Source: Acidobacteriota bacterium | GTDB lineage: Bacteria; Acidobacteriota; Terriglobia; Bryobacterales; Bryobacteraceae | Direction of reading: 5' to 3' | Length of the DNA stretch: 64,000 nucleotides | Assembly (NCBI GenBank): GCA_016201205.1 | Contig: JACQDF010000049.1 | Span: 4,401-68,400, forward strand | Part shown: one piece after another, positions 19,257 through 30,558 of the stretch | How the letters are laid out: every line of letters begins with the position of its first letter | How positions within the stretch are numbered: position 1 is the stretch's first letter | The notes under the pieces: generated by a model | Told to the model about the DNA's origin: nothing | Database searches by the model: none | What the model saw: the letters and a program-made list of their open reading frames with translations, nothing else | Made by a program: the position numbers and the translations under genes

Positions 19257-20089
19257 CCCGTTCCCGCTAAGGGACCGCGGATGAAAGCCAGAGCGATTAC
19301 TATTATGCCAAAAATCACGCGGTAGTACACGAACAACCGCAATCCGTGGTTTTCGAGGTACCTCAGGAAGAAGGCGATCACCACCAGTCCAGTGAGCCCG
19401 CTGACTGCCATGCCGGCGAGAAAGGGCGCCATCATCTCGTCCGATATGCCCCCCTGCTTGCGCAGGTCGAGGAAGGCCTTCGCCGCCGCGGCGGCAATGG
19501 CCGGCGTGGACAACAGGAAGGAGAAGCGCGCCGCCGCCGGCCGCTCCAGCTCGCGGAACCGGCCCGCGACAATCGTGATGCCGCTGCGCGAGGTTCCGGG
19601 CACGACGGCCAGGGCCTGAGCCGCCCCAATCGTCATAGCATCCAGAAACGTGATGCCATCGATCTGTTTTCTTCGCGCGAACCCCTCGTCCGCCCACCAC
19701 ATCAGCAGGCCGACCGAGATAAACATCCCGCCGATCGACCACGGGTTCCGCAGAGCCGTCTCCGCATAGTCTTTCAGAAAGAGTCCCACCACGCCTACCG
19801 GCACGCTGGCCGCCGCCATCCACCACAACATCTGGGGTCTGCGGGCCATCACGGGATCCGGCCGGTACGGCAAGCCGAACCCCTGCGCCGCCAGTTGCAG
19901 CCAATCGCGGAAAAAATAAATCAAGACGGCCAGCAACGTGCCGAAATGCAAAGCGATGTCGAATGTCAGCCCCTGGTCTTTCCAGCCGAACAACCACGGC
20001 GCCAGCGCCAGATGCCCCGAGCTGCTGATGGGCAGGAACTCCGTCAGCCCTTGAATCACCGCCAGAGCCACTGCTTCGAAGATGGTCAT
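19253..20089 (-). CDS. uppP: Undecaprenyl-diphosphate phosphatase
   Basis: 278-aa ORF containing QGLTEFLPISSSGHL...GTSRSG, the typical BacA/UppP signature. Confidence 0.9.
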   Translation of the reverse strand: MTIFEAVALAVIQGLTEFLPISSSGHLALAPWLFGWKDQGLTFDIALHFGTLLAVLIYFFRDWLQLAAQGFGLPYRPDPVMARRPQMLWWMAAASVPVGVVGLFLKDYAETALRNPWSIGGMFISVGLLMWWADEGFARRKQIDGITFLDAMTIGAAQALAVVPGTSRSGITIVAGRFRELERPAAARFSFLLSTPAIAAAAAKAFLDLRKQGGISDEMMAPFLAGMAVSGLTGLVVIAFFLRYLENHGLRLFVYYRVIFGIIVIALAFIRGPLAGTG

Positions 20090-20123
20090 AATGACAAGAG
20101 GTCATCGTAGCGCATCGATTCCA

Positions 20124-21545
20124 ATGTCCACCACCAAGATCGTAGCCACGCTGGGCCCCGCGTCCCGGTCCGAGGCGACCGTCCGGAGCCTGATCCAGGC
20201 AGGCGCTGATGTCTTCCGCATCAATGCTTCGCATGCCCGCGATGGAGAGATTGAGGAGACCATCCGGCTGGTGCGGCGGGTCGCCGAATCCGTTGACGCG
20301 CTCACCGGCGTCCTGCTGGATTTACAGGGTCCCAAGATCCGCCTTGGATCATTTGAAAACGGAGGCGTCGAGCTAGCCACCGGCGCGCGGTTCATCCTGA
20401 CGACGGAACCAGTCCCCGGCAACCGGGAGCGCGCCTCGACCTCGTACGCCGGCTTGGCCGCCGATGTCCAGCCCGGAGACCGCATCCTGCTTGCCGACGG
20501 CGGCGTCACGTTGAGGGCGATTGACAGCGATGGCGTTCAGGTCGTGTGCGAAGTAGTCTCCGGCGGGGCGATCAGCGACCGCAAAGGGATCAATCTCCCG
20601 GGCGTCCAGGTCTCGACGCCCTCCCTGACGAAGAAAGACATGGCGGACCTGCGCGTGGCCCTGGAGAACGGCGCGGACTTGGTGGCCCTTTCCTTTGTGC
20701 GGCGACGCGACGATATCCTGCGGTTGCGGCATTTCCTGGAAGAGCACGAAGGGAACGTGCCGATGATCGCCAAGATCGAGAAGCCCGAGGGCTGGCGGAA
20801 CCTGGAGGAAATCCTTGATGAATCCGACGGCGTGATGGTGGCCCGCGGCGACCTCGGTGTCGAGATGGCGCTCGAGAAAGTCCCCCCGATCCAGAAAGCG
20901 ATCATCCAACGCGCCCGCCAGCACGGCAAGTTCGTGATCACCGCGACGCAAATGCTCGAATCCATGGTCGAGCATCCGTTCCCCACCCGCGCCGAAGTCA
21001 GTGATGTCGCCAACGCGATTTACGACGGCACGGACGCCGTCATGCTGTCGGCGGAAACCTCCACCGGCCGTCATGCGGTGGAGGCCGTGCGCATGATGGC
21101 GCGCATCGCCTCCGAAGCCGAATCATCGATTCGCGAGAAAGGCTTCCAGCCGCTTCCGAGCGCCGGCGAAATGGCGTTCCCCCGGATCATTGCCCAGGCC
21201 GCTTACGAGGCTGTGCAAATGGCGCGCGCCTCCGCCATCGTCGTCTTCAGCGTCAGTGGCTCCTCCGGCCGCCTGGTCGCCAGTTATCGCCCGCCGGTGC
21301 CCATCTACGTCTTCACCCATACACCGGAGGTCGCCCGTCAGTTGTCCGTTATTTATGGCGTCCATCCGATCCTCGCTCCTCAGACGGACAACACCGATGA
21401 GATGCTCGTACAGCTTGATCGGCTGCTATGCGAGCGCAACTCTCTGAAGCCGGGCGACACCGTGGTTCTGGTGGCCGGACAACCTGTCGGACGCAAGGGA
21501 ACTACAAATCTGCTGAAGCTGCATCGCGTCGGAGAACTGCGCTAA
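20124..21545 (+). CDS. pyk: Pyruvate kinase
   Basis: MSTTKIVATLGPAS...NASHA...MVARGDLGVE...TQMLESM. I chose the start at 20124, not the track start at 20082, which overlaps the uppP start. Confidence 0.9.
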   Translation: MSTTKIVATLGPASRSEATVRSLIQAGADVFRINASHARDGEIEETIRLVRRVAESVDALTGVLLDLQGPKIRLGSFENGGVELATGARFILTTEPVPGNRERASTSYAGLAADVQPGDRILLADGGVTLRAIDSDGVQVVCEVVSGGAISDRKGINLPGVQVSTPSLTKKDMADLRVALENGADLVALSFVRRRDDILRLRHFLEEHEGNVPMIAKIEKPEGWRNLEEILDESDGVMVARGDLGVEMALEKVPPIQKAIIQRARQHGKFVITATQMLESMVEHPFPTRAEVSDVANAIYDGTDAVMLSAETSTGRHAVEAVRMMARIASEAESSIREKGFQPLPSAGEMAFPRIIAQAAYEAVQMARASAIVVFSVSGSSGRLVASYRPPVPIYVFTHTPEVARQLSVIYGVHPILAPQTDNTDEMLVQLDRLLCERNSLKPGDTVVLVAGQPVGRKGTTNLLKLHRVGELR

Positions 21546-21554
21546 CCTCTCTCT

Positions 21555-23012
21555 ATGGTGCAGGAGCCTATCCCCGAAGGACTTACTTTCGACGACATCC
21601 TGCTGGTGCCAGCCCGCTCCAGCGTCCTGCCGGCGCAGGTGGATTCGCGGACCCGGTTCAGCCGCAACATCGCTCTCAATATCCCCATCGTCAGCTCCGC
21701 CATGGATACGGTCACCGAGTCTCATCTCGCCATTGCGCTGGCCCAGCAGGGCGGCATCGGAATCATTCATCGCAACATGTCCATTGACCGGCACGTCGAG
21801 GAAGTCGACCGCGTGAAACGCAGTGAAAGCGGCATGATCGTCGATCCGGTGACCATCGGCCCGGACGCCAAGATCTTCGAAGCGCTCGATCTGATGAAAC
21901 GTTTCCGCATCTCGGGTGTTCCGGTGACCCAGGACGGCAAGCTCGTCGGAATCCTCACCAACCGCGACCTGCGCTTCGAGACGCGGTACGAGCTGCCCGT
22001 GAACGCGGTGATGACCAGCAAGAATCTCATCACCGTGCCCGTGGGCACCACGCTCGAGCAAGCGCAGGAGATCCTGCACCAGCATCGCGTCGAGAAGCTG
22101 CTCGTGGTCGATGAATCTTACACTCTGAAGGGACTGATCACCGTCAAAGACATCCAGAAGAAGATGAAGTACCCCAATGCGGCCAAGGATTCGCAAGGCC
22201 GCCTGCGGGTCGGCGCCGCCATCGGCGCCACCGGGGATTTCCTCGAGCGCGCCCAGGAGCTGGTGCAGCGCAAGGTCGACGTGCTGGTGATCGACACCGC
22301 CCACGGCCACTCCGACCGGGTCATGCAGGCTATCAGCGCCGTCAAGAATGCCCTGCCGCAGGTCGATCTGGTGGCCGGCAACGTCGGCACCTACGAAGGC
22401 GCTCGAGACCTCATTGATCTGGGCGTTGATGGCATCAAGATCGGCATCGGCCCGGGCTCGATCTGCACCACTCGTGTCGTCAGCGGCGCCGGCGTCCCGC
22501 AGATCACGGCCATCATGGAATGCGCCAGGGCCGCGCGCGTTGCCCGCGTTCCGCTCGTCTCCGATGGCGGAGTCAAATACTCCGGCGATATCACCAAAGC
22601 CATCGCCGCCGGAGCTGATTCCGTCATGATCGGCAGCCTCTTTGCCGGCACCGACGAGAGCCCCGGCGAGATGATTCTTTACCAGGGCCGCACTTTCAAG
22701 AGCTATCGCGGCATGGGCTCAATGGGAGCCATGGCCCAAGGCTCCGTCGACCGTTACGGGCAGGATCCGAATTCCAAGCTGGTGCCCGAAGGCATCGAGG
22801 GCCGCGTTCCCTACAAAGGGCCGGTGTCGGAAATGACGTTTCAACTCGTCGGCGGCGTCAAGGCGGGCATGGGCTACTGCGGCTGCTCTACGATTGCGGA
22901 GTTGCAGGAGCGGGCTCGATTCTTGCGCGTCACCTTCGCCGGGCTGCGCGAGAGTCACGTCCATGACGTCATTATCACCAAGGAAGCGCCCAACTACCGG
23001 GTGGAGCAGTAG
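21555..23012 (+). CDS. guaB: IMP dehydrogenase
   Basis: [11 protein letters not shown], a CBS pair, [11 protein letters not shown] and GGVKYSGD. Confidence 0.95.
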   Translation: MVQEPIPEGLTFDDILLVPARSSVLPAQVDSRTRFSRNIALNIPIVSSAMDTVTESHLAIALAQQGGIGIIHRNMSIDRHVEEVDRVKRSESGMIVDPVTIGPDAKIFEALDLMKRFRISGVPVTQDGKLVGILTNRDLRFETRYELPVNAVMTSKNLITVPVGTTLEQAQEILHQHRVEKLLVVDESYTLKGLITVKDIQKKMKYPNAAKDSQGRLRVGAAIGATGDFLERAQELVQRKVDVLVIDTAHGHSDRVMQAISAVKNALPQVDLVAGNVGTYEGARDLIDLGVDGIKIGIGPGSICTTRVVSGAGVPQITAIMECARAARVARVPLVSDGGVKYSGDITKAIAAGADSVMIGSLFAGTDESPGEMILYQGRTFKSYRGMGSMGAMAQGSVDRYGQDPNSKLVPEGIEGRVPYKGPVSEMTFQLVGGVKAGMGYCGCSTIAELQERARFLRVTFAGLRESHVHDVIITKEAPNYRVEQ

Positions 23013-23025
23013 CGTAGCGACTTCC

Positions 23026-26000
23026 TTAAAAATAGTACTTGAAGCCGAGCTGGACGTTGCGCGATCCGACCTTGGCGCCCGTGATCTGACCAAAGCTGCT
23101 TGAGCCGTAGCTCGTGGACGGGTCGCCAAAGATCGGTGTGTTGGTGGCGTTTGAGGCCTCGAGGCGGAACTCGAAGCGCTGCCCTTCCCTGATCGTGAAA
23201 CCCTTTAGCAAGGCCGCATCGACGGTGTTGATTCTTGGGCCTCGGTAGTTGAGGTAGCGAGGCGCCGTCCCGAACGTGTCGCGGTCCGGCCTCGAAAAAG
23301 CGCTGCTGTTGAAGTAGCTGTTCAGCCGGTCCTGCATCCGTCCGGTGGTCGAGGGATCGGCGATAAGGTTCGGCCGTTGCGTACCGTTCCAGAGCTGACC
23401 GCCGGACTGGCTGACCTGGAGCGGGTCCCCGCCCTGGAGGGTATAGAAGCCACTGACCTCCCAGCCGCCAACCAGGTAATTCATCCAGCGGTTCACGCCG
23501 GAGCCGATGGCGCGACCCCTGCCGAAGGGCAGCTCGTACGCGCCGCTCATGATGAAGCGGTGGGCGACGTCATGCGCCGAGAGCGCCCGCTCCAGGCGCC
23601 GGTTCAGCGGGTTCTGCAAGCTCGTGCTGCCGCCCAGCCAGGAAACGTTCCCCGACGAGATCGAGGAATCGTCGATCATCTTCGAAAAGGTATAGTGCGC
23701 GATCATCGTCACCCCACTCGAAAATCGCTTTTCGTATTTCATCTGGAGGGCGTGGTAGTTGGAGTTGCCGACAGGCGGTTCACCCGTTCCTACGCTGGCG
23801 CCGTCGAACTGCGGCATGGGCCGCAGCAGCCGGTACAGTTGCGCGGTGGGCCGGTTCAGGTTGAACGCTACCGGATCGGTGAGAACGCCGTAGAACGGGT
23901 TTGTCACCTGCCCTTCCAGCGCCGTGCGGCCGAGGCTCCAGTACTGCGGGTAAAGCGGCGTCAGGCTGGTGTACGGCACAAAGAGGTGGACCCCACGGCT
24001 GCCGGTGTAGTTGACCTCGAACACCGCCTGCCACGGCAGTTCACGCTGGACGGAGAAGTTCCACGAGTAGTATTCAGGGTTGCGGTTGTTTTCCGGGAGG
24101 ATGGTGCCCGCCCCCCGGCCAAGGTACGTACGATCGCCGAGCGAGTTGCCAGGCGGGAGCGGCATCCCTTGCGGATAGGGATTGCTCATGGTGGCGAAGC
24201 GGGTGATGCCGGAATCGATCGTCCAGGTGCCGTTGGAATCCATACTGAATCCCGAACCGGTGTGTCCGAAGACCGTCGACCGGGAGAGCTGATACAGGAT
24301 GCCGCCGCCGGCGCGAATGGAAGTCTTGCTGTTCAGAGCATAAGCGAATCCGACTCGCGGGCTCCAGTTGTTGTAATCGCCGTTGAACGGTGAACGGCGG
24401 TTGTCGTCAACAAACCGGAAGACGCCGCGAAGGTCGTACCCGGGCACGGAGACGGGCGCTTTCGCGTTCAGGTCCCAATAGCTCATGCGGTTCAGCGTCT
24501 CCCAGCGCGGCAGGTCGAACTCATAACGCAGGCCGAGGTTGATGGTAAGCTTGCGCGTAATCTTCCAGTCGTCCTGAAAGAAAAAGCCCATGTAGCGGGA
24601 GCGGGTGAATGCCTTCGGGTCGATGTGGAAGCTGTTGCCGCTGGGCCAGCCAAGCAGCATGCTGGCGAAGCCGTTCCCCTGATAGTTGTCACCGACATTG
24701 TTGAAGCGGCGTGTTTGCTGGGCGGAGAAGCCGAATTGGCTCGAGGGATAGCCGGGTTGCAGGTAATCCAGGAAATATTGGCGGAATTCCCCGCCAAACT
24801 TGAAGTTGTGCCCGCTCACGGTCTTGCTGACCGAGCCGGAGATCTGGTGAGCGCCCTCCTGGCGGTCCATGATGAGCCAGCCCTCCGTCCCGATGTCGGT
24901 ATAGCCTTCCGGAGCGAACGTCGGGAACACAAGGTAGTCGGCTTTCTGTTTCATGTACTGTGGCAACCCGAGTGTGGTGAGGTCGAATGGCTCCATTGCG
25001 TTGCGGAAGTAGCTGGAGTAGATCAGACCGTAGCGAAGAGTCCACAGCGTGGTGGGACTCTGCACCCGCGTGAAGTCGGCGACCGCGGACTGAGTGCGGG
25101 TCCCGCTGGGCCCGTCGTTGAACGTGTAAGCGGGATTCCCCTGGCCGAACAGGTTGGGCGGGCTGCCATCGCCGCGGCTGTAGCTGTATCGGCCCGTGAC
25201 CCGGGATTTTTCGTTGATATTGTGATCGAGTTTGATGTCTGTCTTGTGACTGGGACCCACGTTGATGCCCTGCTCGAACCAGTTGTTCGTATTGGTAATT
25301 GCGTTGGTCACCTGATTTGGTTTGGGGAAGAAGGCCATCGCCTTCGTCGAAATGGGATCGATCATCGACCTGGGAATGGCGTTACCGGGAAAGGGACGCC
25401 GCTCCACGACATTGCTTGCATTGGTGAATGTGTCAAACGGGTTGAAGATGGTGATCAACCGGCCGTCCGGGAAACGGGTCTGCGTGAAGTCCCCTTGCAG
25501 TTGTTCCAGTGTCGGGAAGGTGGCCGTGTAGCTGAGCGGGCTCTTGGACTTGGTGTACTCGTAATCCGTGAAGAAGAAGGTCTTGTTCTTGACGATCGGC
25601 CCGCCCAGGACGCCGCCAAGCTGGTCGCGGCGGTAGTACGGGATCGACCGGCCCGCCCGGTTCGAGAACCAGGAGTTTGCATTCAGGTCAGCGTGACGGA
25701 AAAAATAAAACCCGGTGCCGTGGAACTCGTTCGAGCCGGACTTGGTCACCATGTTCACCACGGCGCCGCCCGTCTGGCCGTACTCGGCCGGGAAGAAGTT
25801 CGTCTGCATCTTGAATTCCTGCACCGCGTCGACCGACGGCGTGTACTTGAGGTCCGTGATGCCGGAGTTCTGTTCGACGGTGGTCACAGTGACGCCGTCC
25901 ACCAGAATGTCGGAAGTGGAGTTGCGTGACCCGTTGGCGACAAAGTTGGTGCTGGTGTCGCCACGGCGACCGGCTGAGCCCACCACGCCGGGTGTCATAT

Positions 26001-26472
26001 AAATCAAGCCCAACGGATTCCGGCCGATGTTGGGGAGCGTAATCATATACTTGTTTTCCACCACCTGGCCCAAAGTGGAGATCGTTGTATTGAGCAGGGG
26101 AGCCGTGGCTTCCACCTCCACAGTGGCTGCAAGCTCACCTATCTCCAGTTGGACGTCGATGGTTGCCTGCTGCTGCACTGCCAGCGGAAAGGCCCCTCGC
26201 AAGTGCTTCTTGAAGCCGCTCGCCTCCACCGCGAGAGTATAGTTTCCAGGCGGCAAGGCGGTGACGACATAGCGGCCAACCTGATCGGTGATCACCGTGT
26301 GCGGCAGGTTCCGTTCGGCCTCCGTGATGGTGACCCTGGCGCCCGGAACGGCGGCTCCGCTGGCGTCGGTCACCAGGCCGCGAACCGCTGCCGTGTAGGA
26401 CTGCGACCAGACGAGAGCTGTCGTTAGAAGTGCAAGGCTGACAACTTTGCAAAAGTGAGAATGATCTTTCAT
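23026..26472 (-). CDS. TonB-dependent receptor with an N-terminal carboxypeptidase-regulatory-like domain
   Basis: The start at 26472 (MKDHSHFCKVVSLALLTTALVWSQ) gives a signal peptide. It is followed by GLVTDASGAAVPGARVTI...GNYTLAVEASGFKK, a plug and barrel, and a terminal ..QLGFKYYF. Confidence 0.85.
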   Translation of the reverse strand: MKDHSHFCKVVSLALLTTALVWSQSYTAAVRGLVTDASGAAVPGARVTITEAERNLPHTVITDQVGRYVVTALPPGNYTLAVEASGFKKHLRGAFPLAVQQQATIDVQLEIGELAATVEVEATAPLLNTTISTLGQVVENKYMITLPNIGRNPLGLIYMTPGVVGSAGRRGDTSTNFVANGSRNSTSDILVDGVTVTTVEQNSGITDLKYTPSVDAVQEFKMQTNFFPAEYGQTGGAVVNMVTKSGSNEFHGTGFYFFRHADLNANSWFSNRAGRSIPYYRRDQLGGVLGGPIVKNKTFFFTDYEYTKSKSPLSYTATFPTLEQLQGDFTQTRFPDGRLITIFNPFDTFTNASNVVERRPFPGNAIPRSMIDPISTKAMAFFPKPNQVTNAITNTNNWFEQGINVGPSHKTDIKLDHNINEKSRVTGRYSYSRGDGSPPNLFGQGNPAYTFNDGPSGTRTQSAVADFTRVQSPTTLWTLRYGLIYSSYFRNAMEPFDLTTLGLPQYMKQKADYLVFPTFAPEGYTDIGTEGWLIMDRQEGAHQISGSVSKTVSGHNFKFGGEFRQYFLDYLQPGYPSSQFGFSAQQTRRFNNVGDNYQGNGFASMLLGWPSGNSFHIDPKAFTRSRYMGFFFQDDWKITRKLTINLGLRYEFDLPRWETLNRMSYWDLNAKAPVSVPGYDLRGVFRFVDDNRRSPFNGDYNNWSPRVGFAYALNSKTSIRAGGGILYQLSRSTVFGHTGSGFSMDSNGTWTIDSGITRFATMSNPYPQGMPLPPGNSLGDRTYLGRGAGTILPENNRNPEYYSWNFSVQRELPWQAVFEVNYTGSRGVHLFVPYTSLTPLYPQYWSLGRTALEGQVTNPFYGVLTDPVAFNLNRPTAQLYRLLRPMPQFDGASVGTGEPPVGNSNYHALQMKYEKRFSSGVTMIAHYTFSKMIDDSSISSGNVSWLGGSTSLQNPLNRRLERALSAHDVAHRFIMSGAYELPFGRGRAIGSGVNRWMNYLVGGWEVSGFYTLQGGDPLQVSQSGGQLWNGTQRPNLIADPSTTGRMQDRLNSYFNSSAFSRPDRDTFGTAPRYLNYRGPRINTVDAALLKGFTIREGQRFEFRLEASNATNTPIFGDPSTSYGSSSFGQITGAKVGSRNVQLGFKYYF

Positions 26473-26563
26473 ATGCCTCTCCTTTTCTTGACCCGGTTGA
26501 CGTGTCCGCCGGGCCGCGATCGGCCCGTTTCCTTGTTTGCTAGAGGAAGTATATATCAGTTTC

Positions 26564-29500
26564 TCAAAGGGCGAGGGCAAGCGGGCTGATCCGGGGTCCG
26601 GGCAGCACGATGCCCGATAGATTCAGAGGGTCGGCCGGCGCCACAGGCCGGTCCGGTTCAGACGGAGCGGAACGCCGCACCGCCCGCAGCAGGTCGACCG
26701 CTTCCGGCAGCGCGAAGTGCTCCCCGACCAGCGCCGCGGCAAATCGTCCTCCGCGGATTTCGCCTCGCATCTCCATTCTTCGCAGCACAACCAGCAGATC
26801 GCGCCACGGCGGTGCGAGGACCTCCCGCGCCAGCACATCACGGCACAGCACGCCCCAGCGTCGCAGCAATACTTTGCCAAACCACTCCACGCCAGGTGTG
26901 GCGTTGCGATCCAGGAGCGCCCATCGCCCGGCAGCGTGGCGTGGCCGCGCCAGCCGCCCTCGCCCCTCTCCCCGGCGCCGCTTTTCGTCCACCAGCGCGC
27001 GGAGATTCTCGAAGCCGTCCGCAGTCACCAGCCCGGCTGCGATCAGCTCCCACAGCGCGTCTTCCACTTCACTGGCCAGATGCCCGGACCCGCGTTGCAG
27101 ATCAGCAAAGAAGGATGCTCCGCGGCGTTCGAGCACGGCCTTGACATCACACGCCGCATGCGACAGGAGCGGCTCCGCAATCGGCGCCAGCAGCGCTTCC
27201 GCGTCTTCGCGAGGAAAAATCGCCAGCGGAGTCAGCCGGTTGGGCCGCACACCGGGCCCGGAAGGCGGCGACAGCCGCGCCCACATCACTTCGCCGGAAA
27301 GACAAAGCTGATCGAGCAATTCCGGCGCATAGCCCGCCACCCGCCTCGCCAGCACCTGCGTCTCCCAGGCCGCGGCGGGCGCCTCGTAGCCTTCCAGTTG
27401 CCGGATCACCGCCATCAACCCGTCGGCGCCATGGAGTTGCGTCCCCGGCGCTGCGTGCTGCCAGGCATGCAGAAAACGCACAAACTCGCTGCTCGTGACC
27501 GGCTCGATCTCGCGGCGCAGCTTGCTCATCGTCAGCCGGTGAATGCGCGCCAGCAGGCGTCGGTTGCACCACTCGGCGGCGCCGCTCTGGGTGAACTGGC
27601 CGCGCAGCACTTGCCCGGCGGCCTCAAGACGCGCTAAGCCCGCTTCGACGAGCTTGCCGGGCAACGAGAGTTTTTCCGCCAGTGCGCTGCTGCTCGCCGG
27701 CCCGACGGACTCGAGCCAGCCGCCGATCAGTTGAGCCGCCGCCGCCTCGTCTTCCTTTTCGTAAACAAGCCGCGCCGCGTCCGCCCGCTCCGCCGGGACC
27801 CAAAAGCCGCGATAGACCAGGACACGCCGGTCTCGAGCCAGCGAGTGGAAATGCTCCTGCCATTCGCCGGCCGGCGGCAAAACGACCAGCGTCATCAGCG
27901 CGTCGTGAAGCTCATCGGCATCGCGCACGGCGGGCCAGGCCTCTTCAGCCACTGTGCGGATGGCTTCCGGATCGAGCATGCCGGGCGCGCCGGGCAGCTC
28001 GATGCCCGCGCTGCGGCGCAGTTGCACGGCGCGCGCGCGCCGTTCTTCCAGCGGAGCATCATCGAGAAACGCGAATGGATTCGCATTCACGATTTCGTGC
28101 GAGAACGGCGACGCGGCCGGCGTCTCAATGGCCACCGTGGCGATCGCGCCGCTCTCGATGCCGGCGAGCGCCTCGCCCAGGCCGTCCAGATCCATCGCCT
28201 CATGCAGGCAGTTGGATATCGTCTCGTTCACCAGCGGGTGAACCGGAATGCGGATCTCGCCGCTGAGATTCTCCGCGCAGGCGGCTTGATCCGGAAACAC
28301 GGCCGCAACCAGATCATCCGCTTTCATCCGCTGCAACGGAGCGGGGACTTTCCGGCCGCCGGCAAACCGGGGGATCGCCAGCGCACGCGTTGCGTTCCAG
28401 CGCCAGCGGACGGCGAACATCGGCGACGCCAGCAGAGCCTGTGTCAGCACCGGCTCCACCGTATTGCTCTTGAGAAACTCGAAGACGATCTCCAGGGGAA
28501 ACGAATGCTGCTCGCTGAGGGAGATGATGATGCCGTTGTCGGTCGCCGCCGCCTGCAATTCCACGTTGAACGAGCGGCAGAACCGCTTTCGCAGCGCCAG
28601 TCCCCAGGCGCGGGTGATGCGGGCGCCGAAGGGAGCATGAATCACAAGCTGCATCCCGCCCGATTCGTCAAAGAAGCGCTCGGCGATCACCCGCCGGCGG
28701 GACGGCACGGCGCCCAAAGCCGCGCGGCCCGCCTGCACGTAATCGACAACCTGCCCGGCGCCACGCGCATCGAGGCCGCATTCGCGCATCAGGAACTCCG
28801 CCGCATCGGCGCGTTGGGCGATCTGCTCCCGCAAGCCGGAGACATGCCCGGACAGCTCCGGCGTGCGACTGGGAGCTTCGCCGCGCCAGAATGGAATCGA
28901 CGGCGCCATCCCCTGTGCGTCCTCGACGCGCAGCCGCCCCGGCTCCACTCTCCGCACCCGCCACGAGCTCGCCCCCAGGATGAACACGTCGCCCACCATG
29001 CTCTCCATGGCGAAATCCTCATCCACGGTGCCGACCGTCGAGCCGTCCGGCTCGGCGACGACGTTGTACATCGTCGTGTCCGGGATCGCACCTCCCGAGG
29101 TGATCGCGGCGATGCGCGCCCCCCGGCGAGCGCGCACTTTGCCGTTGATGCGGTCGTGATGCAGGTACGCCGTGCTGCGCCCGCGCGAGGTCGTGATGCC
29201 TTCCGACAGCATCTCGAGCACCGCGTCAAAGGCCGCCCGCTCCAGCGATTCGTACGACCAGGCGGATTTGGCCAGCGCGAACAGGTCCTCTTGCTTCCAT
29301 TCGCCGGTGGCGCAGGCGGCGACAAGCTGCTGAGCCAGGATGTCGAGCGGCGCGCGCGGCTTGAGGAAGCAGTCGAGGTCGCCGCTGCGCATCCCTCGAA
29401 CCAGCGCCGCGCATTCGATCAGCTCGTCGCGCGTGGTGGGGAAGAACCGCCCTTTGGATTTCGCACCCACCCAATGCCCCGAACGGCCGATGCGTTGAAA

Positions 29501-30550
29501 CGCCACCGCCAGCGAGCGGGGCGAGCCGATCTGGCAGACCAGGTCCACCGTGCCGATATCAATGCCCAGTTCGAGCGAAGCGGTGGCGACCACCGCCCGC
29601 AATGCCCCCTTCTTGAGCTTCTCCTCGACCGACAGGCGTGTGCGGCGCGACAGGCTGCCGTGGTGCGGCATCACCAGATCCTCGCCGATGCGCCCGGCAA
29701 GGTGATGCGCCACGCGCTCCGACAGCCGCCGCGTGCTGACGAAGATCAGCGTGGTGCGATTCTCGAGCGCCAGTTCCGCCAGCCGGTCGTAGACTTCGGC
29801 CCACATCTCCGTGCTCGCCACCGGGCCCAGCTCGTCGCGGGGCGCCTCGATGGCGAGTTCCATTTCTCTGCGCTCGCCCGCGCGAACGATGCGCGTGGAT
29901 GGGCCCAGAAAGCGAGCCATCTCCTCGATCGGCTTTACCGTGGCCGACAGCCCGATCCGCTGCGGCCTGGATCCGGTCAGGGCGTCCAGCCGCGCCAGCG
30001 TCAGCGCGAGATGCGAGCCGCGCTTGTCCCCGGCGACAGCGTGAATCTCATCGACGATCACCGTGCTCGCCGTGGCCAGTGTGCGCCGCGACCCTTCCGC
30101 CGTCAGGAGAATGTAGAGCGACTCCGGCGTGGTGACCAGGATGTGCGGAGGCTCGCGCCGCATGCGCGCCCGCTCCCGCTGCTGAGTGTCGCCGGTGCGC
30201 ACCGCGGTGCGAATCTCCTGCAACGGGACTCCTTTTTCGGCGGCCAGCGCTTTGATTTCCGCCAAAGGCGCCTCGAGGTTCCTGTGCACGTCGTTGCTCA
30301 GCGCCTTCAGTGGGGAAACGTAAACGACTTCCGTGCGGTCAGCCAGCATGCTTTGCCGCGCCGCTTTCACCAGAGCGTCCACGCAGATGAGGAATGCCGC
30401 CAGCGTCTTGCCGGAGCCGGTGGGTGCCCAGATGAGCACATCGTGACCTGCTTGTATTTCCGGCCAGCCGAGCGATTGCGGCTCGGTCGGCGCCTTAAAC
30501 TTGCGCTCGAACCACTCACGCACCAATGGATCCAGCTCAGTCAGCGGCAT
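26564..30550 (-). CDS. lhr: Lhr-family large ATP-dependent DEAD/DEAH-box helicase
   Basis: 1328 aa. WAPTGSGKTLAAFL (motif I), VDEIHA (motif II), and a long Lhr-type C-terminal extension. Confidence 0.85.
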   Translation of the reverse strand: MPLTELDPLVREWFERKFKAPTEPQSLGWPEIQAGHDVLIWAPTGSGKTLAAFLICVDALVKAARQSMLADRTEVVYVSPLKALSNDVHRNLEAPLAEIKALAAEKGVPLQEIRTAVRTGDTQQRERARMRREPPHILVTTPESLYILLTAEGSRRTLATASTVIVDEIHAVAGDKRGSHLALTLARLDALTGSRPQRIGLSATVKPIEEMARFLGPSTRIVRAGERREMELAIEAPRDELGPVASTEMWAEVYDRLAELALENRTTLIFVSTRRLSERVAHHLAGRIGEDLVMPHHGSLSRRTRLSVEEKLKKGALRAVVATASLELGIDIGTVDLVCQIGSPRSLAVAFQRIGRSGHWVGAKSKGRFFPTTRDELIECAALVRGMRSGDLDCFLKPRAPLDILAQQLVAACATGEWKQEDLFALAKSAWSYESLERAAFDAVLEMLSEGITTSRGRSTAYLHHDRINGKVRARRGARIAAITSGGAIPDTTMYNVVAEPDGSTVGTVDEDFAMESMVGDVFILGASSWRVRRVEPGRLRVEDAQGMAPSIPFWRGEAPSRTPELSGHVSGLREQIAQRADAAEFLMRECGLDARGAGQVVDYVQAGRAALGAVPSRRRVIAERFFDESGGMQLVIHAPFGARITRAWGLALRKRFCRSFNVELQAAATDNGIIISLSEQHSFPLEIVFEFLKSNTVEPVLTQALLASPMFAVRWRWNATRALAIPRFAGGRKVPAPLQRMKADDLVAAVFPDQAACAENLSGEIRIPVHPLVNETISNCLHEAMDLDGLGEALAGIESGAIATVAIETPAASPFSHEIVNANPFAFLDDAPLEERRARAVQLRRSAGIELPGAPGMLDPEAIRTVAEEAWPAVRDADELHDALMTLVVLPPAGEWQEHFHSLARDRRVLVYRGFWVPAERADAARLVYEKEDEAAAAQLIGGWLESVGPASSSALAEKLSLPGKLVEAGLARLEAAGQVLRGQFTQSGAAEWCNRRLLARIHRLTMSKLRREIEPVTSSEFVRFLHAWQHAAPGTQLHGADGLMAVIRQLEGYEAPAAAWETQVLARRVAGYAPELLDQLCLSGEVMWARLSPPSGPGVRPNRLTPLAIFPREDAEALLAPIAEPLLSHAACDVKAVLERRGASFFADLQRGSGHLASEVEDALWELIAAGLVTADGFENLRALVDEKRRRGEGRGRLARPRHAAGRWALLDRNATPGVEWFGKVLLRRWGVLCRDVLAREVLAPPWRDLLVVLRRMEMRGEIRGGRFAAALVGEHFALPEAVDLLRAVRRSAPSEPDRPVAPADPLNLSGIVLPGPRISPLALAL

Positions 30551-30558
30551 GGGATCAG

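Noticed and set aside
16836-20234. The full 1132-aa minus-strand ORF taken as FtsK
   Set aside because: The first ~325 codons overlap the bona fide uppP gene in another frame and are Arg/Gly-rich. FtsK starts at the internal Met at 19256 (MSILGP..., TM helices), with an ATGA overlap to the uppP stop.
26505-26565. The hairpin GGGCCG-CGAT-CGGCCC and the AT-rich GTATATATCAG between lhr and the TonB-receptor gene, considered as terminator and promoter
   Set aside because: It is plausible, but the T-tract is on the wrong strand for an lhr terminator, and I have no reliable promoter consensus for this phylum. It is too weak to report as a feature.
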